Shown one piece after another: positions 30,358 through 40,866 of a stretch of 59,553 nucleotides of DNA. Position 1 is the stretch's first letter, and every line of letters begins with the position of its first letter. The notes under the pieces are model-generated. The model worked only from the letters and a program-made list of their open reading frames with translations. It had not been told where the DNA came from and ran no database searches. The position numbers and the translations under genes were made by a program. This DNA comes from Candidatus Puniceispirillaceae bacterium (GTDB lineage Bacteria; Pseudomonadota; Alphaproteobacteria; Puniceispirillales; Puniceispirillaceae), in contig JBMHCK010000074.1 in assembly GCA_049889955.1 (NCBI GenBank), forward strand, positions 1 through 59,553, given 5' to 3'.

Positions 30358-31650
30358 ATGGCATATAAGCAGGTTTCAGAACAGTCATATACCTATGCTT
30401 TTAGGCCGCGTGCTAGCCTATTGTTCGGCAGCATACTCGCCTGTCTCCTGCTCGTGGCCATGCTTAATCCAGCATCAGCCAACCCGCGCTATGCCTCGCT
30501 GATTATGGAAGAGACAAGCGGTAAAGTTTTATATTCCAGAAACGCAGATAAAAAGCTCTATCCAGCCTCTTTGACCAAAATCATGACCCTGTATTTATTG
30601 TTTGAAGCGATGCAAACTGGCAAAGTTTCAAAACATACAAAAATGAAGGTTAGCAAAGTAGCCGCCAGCAGGTCTCCTTCAAAGCTTTATCTGAAAGTTG
30701 GCCACAGCATTAGTGTTGAGAACGCTATTCTGGCATTGGTGACAAAATCAGCGAATGATGTGGCGACTGTTGTTTCCGAACATTTAGGCGGCAGTGAGCG
30801 CGAATTTGCCAAGAAAATGACTCGTAAGGCCAAAGCGTTGGGGATGACGCGCACAATTTTTAAAAATGCCTCTGGCTTGCCAAACCGTGCACAGGTAAGT
30901 ACCGCCCGCGATATGGCAAAGCTGGCGATAGCAATGCGCCGCGATTTCCCGCAATATTTTCACTATTTCAGCAATACCCATTTTGTGTGGAATGGCCGAA
31001 AATATAAAAACCATAATCGTCTGCTGACCAGCTTTAAGGGGACAGACGGAATTAAAACCGGCTATATTAACGCATCCGGATTTAATCTGGTGGCGACGGT
31101 CCAGCGCAATGGCGTTCGCCTGATAGGGGTGGTGTTTGGCGGGCGCACTGGACGCACGCGCGATAAACATATGGTCAGCCTGCTGACCAAACAATTCAGC
31201 AAAATAAAGCCGGTACAAGTGCGCTCAGCCCGGCTGCCAGCGGCGCCAATACCCCGCCCCGATACCATTCTGGAGCTTGCCCAGAGCAACCCTCTGCCAA
31301 AACTGTTGCCAGCGGTACCAGCAAAAACAGCTGCGGTTCCAGATAGAGCAGCTACAGCCCTGACGGCACCAGCACTTCGCACCAATCCAGCTAGCTGGGC
31401 CATACAGGTTGGCAGTTTCACTAGGCGCGTATCTGCACATAAGGCCGCCATTCGGGCGCGGCGCACCGCCAATGATGTGCTGGATTTAATGCCAGCAGAA
31501 TTATCCCTGGTATCCTCAGGCGGCCTGCCCTTATGGCGGGTGCGGTTCAGCCAGCTAAAAGAACAGGAAGCCCGTTCTGCCTGTGCCGCGTTATTGAGTA
31601 CCGGGGCGGCCTGTATTGCCCTGCCGCCAGCATTGGCAGATGCAGGGTAA
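30358..31650 (+). CDS. D-alanyl-D-alanine carboxypeptidase (peptidase S11) with C-terminal SPOR domain
   Basis: PASLTK (SxxK), SAN (SxN), IKTG; WAIQVGSF SPOR-like tail. Start moved to ATG 30358 because the longer ORF overlaps clpS. Confidence 0.9.
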   Translation: MAYKQVSEQSYTYAFRPRASLLFGSILACLLLVAMLNPASANPRYASLIMEETSGKVLYSRNADKKLYPASLTKIMTLYLLFEAMQTGKVSKHTKMKVSKVAASRSPSKLYLKVGHSISVENAILALVTKSANDVATVVSEHLGGSEREFAKKMTRKAKALGMTRTIFKNASGLPNRAQVSTARDMAKLAIAMRRDFPQYFHYFSNTHFVWNGRKYKNHNRLLTSFKGTDGIKTGYINASGFNLVATVQRNGVRLIGVVFGGRTGRTRDKHMVSLLTKQFSKIKPVQVRSARLPAAPIPRPDTILELAQSNPLPKLLPAVPAKTAAVPDRAATALTAPALRTNPASWAIQVGSFTRRVSAHKAAIRARRTANDVLDLMPAELSLVSSGGLPLWRVRFSQLKEQEARSACAALLSTGAACIALPPALADAG

Positions 31651-31669
31651 TTCCAAACCAGCCTTGTGC

Positions 31670-34600
31670 CTATCTGAAATTCCGACTTTTCAGGCGCATG
31701 GAAGATACTGTAGTTGCCGCACCCCCCCTATCGCTATCAGAAGTGGATGCAGCTAGCTGCGAGCTATCGGTTTCTGGCTGAAGCAAGCCCAAATAATGAT
31801 CGCAGCTATGCAGCGCATCGGCGATAAAATGGGTGACAATACCTTCTTTTTGTACCCGCCCATATACGCCTAGCACATGCGCGCCCAGCAATACCGCACG
31901 ATCACGCTCGGCAATATGCGGCCATACGATCACATTCACAGACAATTCTGCATCTTCGATGGTCAGAAACATGGTACCTTTTGCTGTACCGGGGCGCTGG
32001 CGAGAGGTAACCAGCCCTATCAGGCGCTGACGCTGGCCGTTTTGGGCAATGCTTATTGCTGAACAGCTTTGCCATCTATCTTGCGTGAATATAGCACTTA
32101 GCAGCTCTAATGGATGGGCTTTTAAAGACAGGCCGGTAAGGGCATAATCCTGAGCTACAGCCTCGCCTTCTCCTAATTCTGGCAAGGGGGCTGGCTCTGG
32201 CCTGTTTGATGTATCTTTTTTATCTGCTGTGTTTGGCCGTGCTTCCATCTCGCTATCGGCAAAGGCAAAAAGCGGCAAATCCCCTTGCTTCATACGCCCC
32301 ATCTTGCGAATTTGCCAATAGGCCTGACGGCTATCCAAGCCTAAGGATTTCAACCCGTCTGCAGCGGCAATAACTTCCAGGGCCTTTACTGGCACATCCG
32401 CACGCCGCACCACAGAGGCAAGACTGTCATAACCTTCACCGCGGCAGGCAATAATTCGCGCCGCATCCGACTGTCGCAGCCCTTTGATAAGCCGCAAGCC
32501 AAGCCGCAAGGCATGGCGCCCATGCGAGCTTTCCTCAAGAGAGGCATCCCATTGTGAGGCATTAATATCAACAGGCCGCAATTCCACACCGCTTTTTTTT
32601 GCATCTGCTACTAATTGGGCCGGGCGATAAAACCCCATTGGCTGGGCGTTTAATAGCGCACAGGTGAACACTTCGGGATAATGACATTTCAGCCATGCCG
32701 AGGCATAGACCAGCAAGGCAAAGCTTGCGGCATGCGATTCTGGAAAGCCATAGGTACCAAACCCTTCAATCTGGCGAAAACAGGCAGTGGCAAATTCAGC
32801 ATCATATCCGCGTGCCACCATCCCCTTTATCATTTTGTCATGGAATTTATGGATATCGCCATTTTTGCGAAAGGTGGCCATAGCCCGGCGCAACCTGTCC
32901 GCATCAGCCCCGCTGAAACCAGCCCCGACAATAGCGATTTTCATTGCCTGTTCCTGAAATAATGGCACCCCCAAGGTTCGCTCTAGCACAGCTTGCAGCT
33001 CTTGCGAGGGGTAGCTGACATGCTCCAGACCTGCCCGACGCCGCAAATAGGGATGCACCATATCGCCCTGAATAGGGCCAGGCCGGACAATGGCCACCTG
33101 TACAACCAAATCATGAAAAGAACGTGGCTGCAGGCGCGGTAACATTGCCATCTGCGCCCGTGATTCTACCTGAAACACACCAATAGATTCGCCGCGGCAT
33201 AACATATCATAGGTCTGTTTATCTTCTGGCGGAATACTGGCCAGGCTTAATGGCCGGTGATAATGGCGCTGCATCAGATGAAAGGCCCCGGCCAGGCAGC
33301 TGAGCATGCCAAGGGCCAGCACATCAATCTTTAGCAAGCCCAGCGCATCAATATCATCCTTATCCCATTCAATAATACTGCGCCCCTGCATCGCTGCTGG
33401 ACGAATAACACAAATTTTATCCAGCCTGTCCTGTACGATCACAAAACCGCCAGAATGCTGTGAGAGGTGACGCGGAAATCCATAGAGCTGACGGGCCAAT
33501 GCCAGCACCTGTTTCAGGCTGGGATCCTGTCTGTCTACACCGGCTGCCTGTAATGATTTATAATCAATACCATTTTCACTACCGCGCCAAACCTGGGCTG
33601 AAAGGGCGCGTTGCACATCCCGGCTAAGGCCAAAAGCCTTGGCGGTTTCAACCAGCGCGCTACGCCAGCGATAGGTTATTACCGCAGATACCAGCCCAGC
33701 ACGATGCCGGCCATAACGATGATAGATATGCTGGATAACCTCCTCGCGGCGATTATGCTCAAAATCAACATCAATATCTGGCGGCTCATCACGGGCTTCA
33801 CTGATAAACCGTTCAAACAAAGGTTCAGATCGTTCCGGGTCAACAGAGGTAATAAATAAACAATAGCAAATCGCCGAATTAGCTGCAGAACCACGCCCCT
33901 GACATAAGATATTACGGCTTCTAGCAAAGCGTACAATTTCAAAAACAGTCAGAAAAAAGGGCGCATAATTCAGCTTTTCTACCAGGGCTAATTCGCGCTT
34001 TAAATAGGCTTGCACTTTTTCTGGCACGCCATCTGGATAGCGTTTATGGCTGCCCTTATGGGTTTGCCATGCCAATTCTTCAAAAGCGGTGCGGCCTTTT
34101 TTTCTGGGCGCCGACAGGCTATATACAGACCCGCTATTGTCATGATCTGGATAGGCATAGGAAATATCTGCAAGGGTGAAATGGCACTTGCTGGCTAGCG
34201 CATCTGCAGAGATTAGCGCATCGGTAAATCCATGCCAGCGTCTGGCCATTTCCTGGGGGCTGAGTAAATGGCGTTCTGCATTTGCCGAAATATGGCATCC
34301 CGCCTCAGCCAGGCTTGTTTTATGGCGAATACAATATAACACATCTGCTAGCGGACGCCGCGATGGATGATGATACAGCACTTCGCCAAGAGCGGTAAAT
34401 TCAAGCCCATCTGCTTCGGCCTGGTGTTTTAACTGATATAATCTTTCCTCGTCACAACCATCCCGCATCAGATACCCGCCAGCATAAACCTGACCTCTGG
34501 CTATCTGGGCAATGGTGCGGCCCTGTTCGCGCCAGGTAGTATTCCGGGCAGTATCCCGGGCAGTATCCATGGCAACAGGCGGGATGGTGATCAAACAGGT

Positions 34601-35023
34601 TTCGGCAGAAAGACGGGCCAGATCGCTGATATACAGATCTGGCATCTCGTTCGATTGATGGCCCTGACGCATCATCGCCGCACTTAACCATTGGCACAGC
34701 GATTCATAGCCATCAAGGCTGCGTACAAAACATAAAATATCCCCGCCATCACGCAAACTTATTCTGGCTCCGGAAATCAGGCGGGGCGCCCGTATCGCGC
34801 TGCGGCTATTTTCTGCATTCTCGTGATCAATATCTTTACTGGCTGACCAGGCCCGCACCAGCCCACCAACACCGCATAAATCGGCCACCCCCACAGCTTG
34901 CCAGCCAAGCGTAGCTGCCATTTGCATTATCTCTTCTGGATGAGACGCCCCCTGCAGAAAGCTGAAATTCGTCTGACAGCCAAGCAAGCTTTGTGGCAGA
35001 TATTCTGGTGTTTTCTCTGTCAT
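31670..35023 (-). CDS. dnaE2: Error-prone DNA polymerase DnaE2 (ImuC)
   Basis: NFSFLQGASHPEE PHP domain, GRGSAANS, PPDIDVDFE, RHLSQHSGG, YGFPESHAASFA; terminal SRNFR (DnaE2 SRDF[HR]-type tail). ATG 35023 overlaps the imuB stop (ATGA). Confidence 0.95.
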   Translation of the reverse strand: MTEKTPEYLPQSLLGCQTNFSFLQGASHPEEIMQMAATLGWQAVGVADLCGVGGLVRAWSASKDIDHENAENSRSAIRAPRLISGARISLRDGGDILCFVRSLDGYESLCQWLSAAMMRQGHQSNEMPDLYISDLARLSAETCLITIPPVAMDTARDTARNTTWREQGRTIAQIARGQVYAGGYLMRDGCDEERLYQLKHQAEADGLEFTALGEVLYHHPSRRPLADVLYCIRHKTSLAEAGCHISANAERHLLSPQEMARRWHGFTDALISADALASKCHFTLADISYAYPDHDNSGSVYSLSAPRKKGRTAFEELAWQTHKGSHKRYPDGVPEKVQAYLKRELALVEKLNYAPFFLTVFEIVRFARSRNILCQGRGSAANSAICYCLFITSVDPERSEPLFERFISEARDEPPDIDVDFEHNRREEVIQHIYHRYGRHRAGLVSAVITYRWRSALVETAKAFGLSRDVQRALSAQVWRGSENGIDYKSLQAAGVDRQDPSLKQVLALARQLYGFPRHLSQHSGGFVIVQDRLDKICVIRPAAMQGRSIIEWDKDDIDALGLLKIDVLALGMLSCLAGAFHLMQRHYHRPLSLASIPPEDKQTYDMLCRGESIGVFQVESRAQMAMLPRLQPRSFHDLVVQVAIVRPGPIQGDMVHPYLRRRAGLEHVSYPSQELQAVLERTLGVPLFQEQAMKIAIVGAGFSGADADRLRRAMATFRKNGDIHKFHDKMIKGMVARGYDAEFATACFRQIEGFGTYGFPESHAASFALLVYASAWLKCHYPEVFTCALLNAQPMGFYRPAQLVADAKKSGVELRPVDINASQWDASLEESSHGRHALRLGLRLIKGLRQSDAARIIACRGEGYDSLASVVRRADVPVKALEVIAAADGLKSLGLDSRQAYWQIRKMGRMKQGDLPLFAFADSEMEARPNTADKKDTSNRPEPAPLPELGEGEAVAQDYALTGLSLKAHPLELLSAIFTQDRWQSCSAISIAQNGQRQRLIGLVTSRQRPGTAKGTMFLTIEDAELSVNVIVWPHIAERDRAVLLGAHVLGVYGRVQKEGIVTHFIADALHSCDHYLGLLQPETDSSQLAASTSDSDRGGAATTVSSMRLKSRNFR

Positions 35024-36672
35024 GAAAAACACCCATGCACAAACCATTCAACGGTCTCACCGCGTTCTGGCAGGCCCTCACGATAAACCCATAGCCGTAT
35101 ACCAGAAGATGTTTCAACACGGTAATAATCACGTGTTTTTACCCCCTTATATTCAGCATCCCACCATCGCGGCCCAATACGTTCAGGACCAGTAGCCCTG
35201 CATATTTGCCAGTTTTTTTTCCGCCACCGAAGCATGGCTGGCGGATGATCAGGAAGCAAGGCAACAACATGTACAGGCTCGGCTGGCTCAAACAATCTTA
35301 TCGGGCGCGGCGGGGTCAGGCTGGCAGGGGCAGGCGCATGCCAGCTACTATCCCCATGCGCGTCTGCCAGCGGCTGATAGGCTGTATTGTCACTGATTTG
35401 CCAGCGTGATTTATGGGTAACACGCTGTACCTTATCTGCACCCAGCTTTGCCGCCAGAATATCCAGAACATGGTCAATTTGCTGATTTTGCGGATGGGCA
35501 GATTCTGCGCCCAGCAGGCCAGTTACCTCCATCTCTGCAGCCAGCTTGTGGGCGTGCAACCAGCTATAATCAATACCAAATTCGGCATCTATACGCTCGG
35601 TTGCCCCAGCGAGAAGGCGATGCAAAATCGCCCGGTCACGCCCAGGCCGTGACAAGTTGAAATAAAGCCGTCCAATTTGCCCGTCACTGCATTGCCAGCC
35701 CAGCTCGAAACAGGCAGCTGCCATTTCTGTCTTTAGCAGCAGTTCAGCTATCTCTTCTATGAGCTGATCTAACATCTGTTGCAGGGCTTGTACGCCAGCC
35801 AGCGGTTCTGGCCAGGCCCGGCTAACCCACAGGGCTGGCGCCGCCTTTATGGGGGTAGGTGTATAATCGCGGTTACCACATAACACTGCCCATTTCTGTA
35901 CAAAATCAGGGCCAAAACGAATAGCAAGCTGGGCATAGGATAGGGGCTGTAAATGCCGCAAGCGGCGCAACCCTGCTTGCGAGAGCGCTTGCAACAGCTG
36001 ATCTTCCAGCGATAAGACAGATAGCGGCAATTCAGACAATATCTGCATCAATGCCTGGCGTGAAGACGGCATCACCAGCCCATCTACAGCCTGCTTATGC
36101 CTATCTGTTATCTGATTATAATAATGGGCCAGCGCCCGGGCAGCAGAATAATAGGGGGCCGCCGCACAATATATTGGTATTTGTGCTGCCAGCAGATGAT
36201 GTTTGATATCTGCGATAACCTGCTCAATGCCGCCATGCAGATGGCTGGCCCCGCTCATATCTATCCAGATGCCATTACTGCCAGCCGGGCTGTCAGGATT
36301 AGGGCCAGCAACATCTATGCCGGTTCTGGGGCTATAACGCCATGCCCATCTTGCCAGCTTTTCAAGGGTAGCCTGGTCCTGTTGAGGGGCTATTTCGGCG
36401 AGCAAAATATCTGGCAAACGGGCCCGGGCATCCGCGACCCCCATTCCAGCATAAAGACCTGCCTTTTTTGCGGTATCAGACAGATAGACAAGCCTGTCCA
36501 TATTCTGGTGACGCCAATAAAGAGCAATAGCCTTATCTATCTGCCACCCTTTTTCAGTGCAAATCAGGCGTAGCGGTAAATCAGGCAGATGCACATATAG
36601 ATATTCGCGATCCGCCGCGCGCCGGCCAGCAGAGGCACCTAGGCTATGATGTCCAGAAAAACCCGCCGCCAT
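35020..36672 (-). CDS. imuB: ImuB, catalytically inactive Y-family polymerase-like protein
   Basis: GLYAGMGVADARAR, WAWRYSP, DMSGASHLHGG, RPIRLF, GPERI..RWW, RDYYRVE, WFVHG.F. Confidence 0.9.
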   Translation of the reverse strand: MAAGFSGHHSLGASAGRRAADREYLYVHLPDLPLRLICTEKGWQIDKAIALYWRHQNMDRLVYLSDTAKKAGLYAGMGVADARARLPDILLAEIAPQQDQATLEKLARWAWRYSPRTGIDVAGPNPDSPAGSNGIWIDMSGASHLHGGIEQVIADIKHHLLAAQIPIYCAAAPYYSAARALAHYYNQITDRHKQAVDGLVMPSSRQALMQILSELPLSVLSLEDQLLQALSQAGLRRLRHLQPLSYAQLAIRFGPDFVQKWAVLCGNRDYTPTPIKAAPALWVSRAWPEPLAGVQALQQMLDQLIEEIAELLLKTEMAAACFELGWQCSDGQIGRLYFNLSRPGRDRAILHRLLAGATERIDAEFGIDYSWLHAHKLAAEMEVTGLLGAESAHPQNQQIDHVLDILAAKLGADKVQRVTHKSRWQISDNTAYQPLADAHGDSSWHAPAPASLTPPRPIRLFEPAEPVHVVALLPDHPPAMLRWRKKNWQICRATGPERIGPRWWDAEYKGVKTRDYYRVETSSGIRLWVYREGLPERGETVEWFVHGCFS

Positions 36673-36680
36673 TGCCCTGC

Positions 36681-37619
36681 TCAGCTTGCGTAATTATGAA
36701 GATAGGATGCGCGCGCACTATCCCGGCAGATCGCTCTGGAGCTCGAAGTGGTGGCAGAAGATAATGCACAAGATGTTTCAGGAAAAGGCAGGCTGGCGTG
36801 TGTTTCTGGCAGGATATTCCTGGCTAGATGCATACGGCCAGATACCGGACAATAATAAATATCAGCACGTGCCTGATGGCCCTTGCGGCTTTTTGTCAAG
36901 CCTACAGACCAGCGTGGTCGCCAATCCTGTTTTTGGCTTTGATCGCCTGTCTTTGACGTAATTGACCAGCCGCTTTCAAAACCTGTACTGGCCGCAGGCG
37001 GACCAAGCAGAAACCCTATACTATCGCCGATACGCGCCGCACGCCGCAACCGTTGCGCCCAGCGCAACCACTGATCAGACTTTCTGGCCAGCACCCCATA
37101 TTCAGCGACCACACCAGCAACACCTGTAGTCTGTAACGCCTCTTCAAACGCAGATAACAGGCGGGCAGGATGCCCATCATGTACAAAAATAACCTGGCCG
37201 GGATTTAGTCCCATTGCCCACAGCCCCTCGGCACATATATGCCCATACTGACCACTAAAGCGCGGGCTACACCAAATAATTGGCGCGTTAGGGCGCTGTT
37301 GCAACTGTGCGCGTAGCAACGCCACAATAAATCCAGTTGCAGCAGCATCATTAGGCGGGCCAACCATCAAATGCACATGCTGATGCGCCAGCCCCCCGGA
37401 CAAAGCTGTATCAAAACAGGCAAGGCCGGTTGCAAGATAGCGCCTGTCTGCAACCTGTTGCGCTTCGATTTTTTCTTTCAGACAGGCAAAAACGCTGTTT
37501 TTCCTAGCTTTAGGCACCTCAGCAGACGATGGCTGGGCAGATGAAGCCTGAGCAGCGACCATATCCAGATAGGGATCGTTCTGACTCTGAGATGATTTTG
37601 GATCGCGTAAAGGCTGCAT
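36681..37619 (-). CDS. imuA: ImuA, RecA/SulA-like mutagenesis protein
   Basis: LATGLACFDTALSGGL, GL..MGLNP, EEAL, VVAE, RLRRAA; first gene of imuA-imuB-dnaE2. Confidence 0.82.
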   Translation of the reverse strand: MQPLRDPKSSQSQNDPYLDMVAAQASSAQPSSAEVPKARKNSVFACLKEKIEAQQVADRRYLATGLACFDTALSGGLAHQHVHLMVGPPNDAAATGFIVALLRAQLQQRPNAPIIWCSPRFSGQYGHICAEGLWAMGLNPGQVIFVHDGHPARLLSAFEEALQTTGVAGVVAEYGVLARKSDQWLRWAQRLRRAARIGDSIGFLLGPPAASTGFESGWSITSKTGDQSQKQDWRPRWSVGLTKSRKGHQARADIYYCPVSGRMHLARNILPETHASLPFPETSCALSSATTSSSRAICRDSARASYLHNYAS

Positions 37620-37675
37620 CTTTTGTGTATCTGAAGCTGAATACCATCCTCAGCCCAGGAATTCCTGTCATTTTT

Positions 37676-37690
37676 GTTCTTGTTTTGTTC
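37676..37690 (-). promoter_or_regulatory. Alphaproteobacterial LexA (SOS) box
   Basis: GTTC-TTGTTTT-GTTC on the + strand (GAAC-N7-GAAC on the imuA strand), 57 bp upstream of the imuA ATG. Confidence 0.9.
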
Positions 37691-37816
37691 TCATTTAAAA
37701 ATAAGAAAGACGCCCCTGTGAGTCAAGAGGGCAAAGAAGCAAAATCAGACAGGATAATGCAGATCAAAATTTACCCAGAGCAGAGTCTGGAGGCTAAAAT
37801 TTGGATAACTGGAGAT

Positions 37817-38107
37817 TTATTTGAACAAATCGCGGTGCTTTTCAGGATCTGTCCAGGCATCTTCATCATGGCCAGAACGGCTGGAATAAAAGCTGAGGGC
37901 CATCAATCCGCACCCTAGCACAATCGTGCCAAAAGCCCCTGCTATCAGCGCCAGCCAGCCATGCATACCCAGCTCTACCTGCCCCATCTTTTCCCAGACA
38001 TAAATACTGCCAAGACAGGTGCCAATAAGAGCGATAGCAGCAAGGCCAATCGCAAACATATTCAGCTTGCGATTCTTTTGAGCAGAAGGTGCAGTTTTCT
38101 TGGTCAT
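37817..38107 (-). CDS. Small two-TM hypothetical membrane protein
   Basis: Two hydrophobic helices; MHGWLAL..G, GLMALSFYSSRSGHD; start overlaps the amidohydrolase stop (TGATG). Confidence 0.75.
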   Translation of the reverse strand: MTKKTAPSAQKNRKLNMFAIGLAAIALIGTCLGSIYVWEKMGQVELGMHGWLALIAGAFGTIVLGCGLMALSFYSSRSGHDEDAWTDPEKHRDLFK

Positions 38108-39276
38108 CAGCTTGCCAACTCGCTTTCAACCAGCTTTACCCAATAGCTGGTACCAACTGGCAGGATAGAATCGTTAAAATCATATCCTGTATTATGCAGC
38201 ATTCGCCCTTCTTGTGCTGGCCCGGCCCCAAGCCAGATATAGGCGCCCTTGCGCGCTTCCAGCATAAAGGCAAAATCCTCGGCTGCCATAGAGGGCGGCA
38301 AATCCAAATGCACTTTATCTGAACCCACAATATCGCTGGCAATTTCGGCCGCACGGTTTGCTTCTGCGGTGTGGTTGATGGTTGGCGGATAGCCGCCGCG
38401 CCAGTCAATTTCTGCCTCACAGCCATGTGCAGAGGCCAATGAAGTGACTATTTTACGGATATTGTCTTCAGCCATTTGCCGCGTTTCAGGCAGGATAGCC
38501 CGCGCTGTACCGCCTAGCTGTACCTCGTCTGGGATCACATTAAAGGCACTGCCGCCATTCACCATGGTCACCGATACTACCGCGCTATCGACCGGATTGG
38601 TTTGCCGGGCAACGATGGATTGCAAAGACTGGATTATCGCGGCGGATGCCAATACAGGGTCGGTTGCCTGATGCGGCATTGCCGCATGGCTGCCACATCC
38701 GCGAATAGAGATATGGAAATGATCTGCACTGGCCATACAGGCACCGCGTGAAATCGCGATATGTCCGGCCTCCAGACCTGGCCAGTTATGCATGCCCCAA
38801 ACGCTGTCTGCGTCAAATTTTTCAAACAGGCCATCATCCATCATCTGTTTGGCCCCAGCCCCCCCTTCTTCGGCAGGCTGAAAGTAAAAATAAACCGTGC
38901 CATCAAACTGGCGTGTTTCTGCCAAATAGCGTGCCGCCCCAAGCAGCATGGCCATATGCCCATCATGCCCGCAAGCATGCATCCGCCCATCCTTGGTTGA
39001 TTTATGGGCAAAGCTGTTTGCTTCTGGCATCGCCAGCGCATCCATATCCGCACGCAACGCAATTTTGCGGCCTGTATCGGCGCGCCCTTTCAGCACCCCA
39101 ACCACCCCTGTTTTTGCCAGGCCGCGATGCACTTCGATACCAAAGCTGGCAAGCTTTTCAGCAATAAAATCAGATGTCCAGACTTCTTCATATCCAAGCT
39201 CTGGATGTGCATGCAAACTCTGCCGCCAAAAGGTCATATCCTGATGAAAATCAGCGACACGATTGATGATAGCCAT
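38107..39276 (-). CDS. M20D amidohydrolase (hippurate hydrolase-like)
   Basis: LHAHPELGYEE, LRADMDAL, MHACGHDGH, FQPAEEG, GMHNWPG, AEDF; SD GGAGGA before ATG 39276. Confidence 0.92.
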   Translation of the reverse strand: MAIINRVADFHQDMTFWRQSLHAHPELGYEEVWTSDFIAEKLASFGIEVHRGLAKTGVVGVLKGRADTGRKIALRADMDALAMPEANSFAHKSTKDGRMHACGHDGHMAMLLGAARYLAETRQFDGTVYFYFQPAEEGGAGAKQMMDDGLFEKFDADSVWGMHNWPGLEAGHIAISRGACMASADHFHISIRGCGSHAAMPHQATDPVLASAAIIQSLQSIVARQTNPVDSAVVSVTMVNGGSAFNVIPDEVQLGGTARAILPETRQMAEDNIRKIVTSLASAHGCEAEIDWRGGYPPTINHTAEANRAAEIASDIVGSDKVHLDLPPSMAAEDFAFMLEARKGAYIWLGAGPAQEGRMLHNTGYDFNDSILPVGTSYWVKLVESELAS

Positions 39277-39525
39277 CTTTCCTCCTTTACTGTGCAAAGC
39301 ACGATCACTGCAGTTCTACATCTGTTAAGATAGGGTGGCAATGCCCAGATGTCGACCAAACACCAAGTGAAGTCGAAAGCAAGATAGGTTTTTTCACCCT
39401 GTGAGTAGATGGTATATTGGATGGGTTTCCAAAAACCGTTATAGATATTATGCAAAAATATTTGCGAACAGAATTTCGTCTGACAGTCCTTGGGGCGGCG
39501 ATACAAGCAGGGTTAAAAGAAAATT

Positions 39526-40824
39526 ATGGCAACATCATATATCGATAGAGGGGTGCGCGCTCTTCGCGACAGAAAGAAACACTATTCGATATTTTCACTG
39601 GCCCGGCAAGCCAGCAACTATCATCAGGGCTGGCAACAAGCCTGGCGCCATGCAGAACCAAAGGCTGAATATGATGCGGTAATCATTGGTGGCGGCGGTC
39701 ATGGGCTGGCGACAGCCTATTATCTGGCCTCTGTGCATAATATGACCAATATTGCGGTGATTGAAAAAGGCTGGCTGGGCGGCGGTAATACCGGCCGAAA
39801 TACCACCATTATTCGCTCCAATTATTTATGGGATGAATCAGCCTCTATTTACGAGCATGCGATGAAATTATGGGAAGGGCTGGCTCAGGATTTGAACTTT
39901 AATATCATGTTCAGCCAGCGCGGCGTGCTAACCATTGCCCATTCAGAACATGAGTTAAAAGAAATGTCGAGGCGGGTTCATGCTATCCGGTTGAACGGGA
40001 TTGATTCAGATGTTCTCAGCCCGGAAGAGATTAAAAAATTCGTGCCGATAATGAATATGGATCAAACTATTCGCTATCCGGTTATGGGCGGTTTTCTGCA
40101 AAAGCGCGGCGGTACCGCCCGCCATGATGCGGTGGCCTGGGGCTATGCTCGTGCGGCTGATGATATGGGTGTGGATATTATCCAGAATTGTGAAGTAACC
40201 GGTCTGCGGCGGCAGGGACGCCGTATTACCGGCATCGAGACCACAAAAGGATTTATAAAAACCCGCAAGGTTGGCTGTGTTGTTGCGGGCCATTCTTCGG
40301 TATTGGCCGATATGGCGGGAATTCGATTGCCGATTGCCAGCCGGCCGCTACAAGCCCTGGTATCTGAGCCGATAAAGCCAATCCTGGATACGGTGATTAT
40401 GTCCAATGCGGTGCATATGTATATCAGCCAATCTGACAAGGGTGAGATGGTATTGGGCGCTGGCGTGGATAAATATAACTCTTATGCCCAGCGCGGCTCT
40501 TTTCCCGTTCCTGAACATATGCTCGCAGCCGCCGTAGAGCTGTTTCCTGTTTTATCACGACTGCGGATGTTGCGGCATTGGGGCGGCATTGTGGATACCT
40601 GTCCGGATGCCTCACCCATAATATCGCGCACCGATATTGACGGGCTGTTTTTTAATTGCGGATGGGGTACAGGCGGCTTTAAGGCGACCCCGGGATCCGG
40701 CCATGTATTTGCTGATCTGATCGCAAATGATCGGCCAAATGATATTGCTGCGCCTTATGCGTTGAACCGTTTTGAAACCGGCTTGCTGATTGACGAGCAT
40801 GGCGCGGCCGGCGTAGCGCATTAA
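39526..40824 (+). CDS. soxB: Sarcosine oxidase subunit beta family
   Basis: [65 protein letters not shown]. Confidence 0.93.
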   Translation: MATSYIDRGVRALRDRKKHYSIFSLARQASNYHQGWQQAWRHAEPKAEYDAVIIGGGGHGLATAYYLASVHNMTNIAVIEKGWLGGGNTGRNTTIIRSNYLWDESASIYEHAMKLWEGLAQDLNFNIMFSQRGVLTIAHSEHELKEMSRRVHAIRLNGIDSDVLSPEEIKKFVPIMNMDQTIRYPVMGGFLQKRGGTARHDAVAWGYARAADDMGVDIIQNCEVTGLRRQGRRITGIETTKGFIKTRKVGCVVAGHSSVLADMAGIRLPIASRPLQALVSEPIKPILDTVIMSNAVHMYISQSDKGEMVLGAGVDKYNSYAQRGSFPVPEHMLAAAVELFPVLSRLRMLRHWGGIVDTCPDASPIISRTDIDGLFFNCGWGTGGFKATPGSGHVFADLIANDRPNDIAAPYALNRFETGLLIDEHGAAGVAH

Positions 40825-40866
40825 CCCTGATTGCAACACAGATTATTTTTTGGAAAAGCTGGAACG

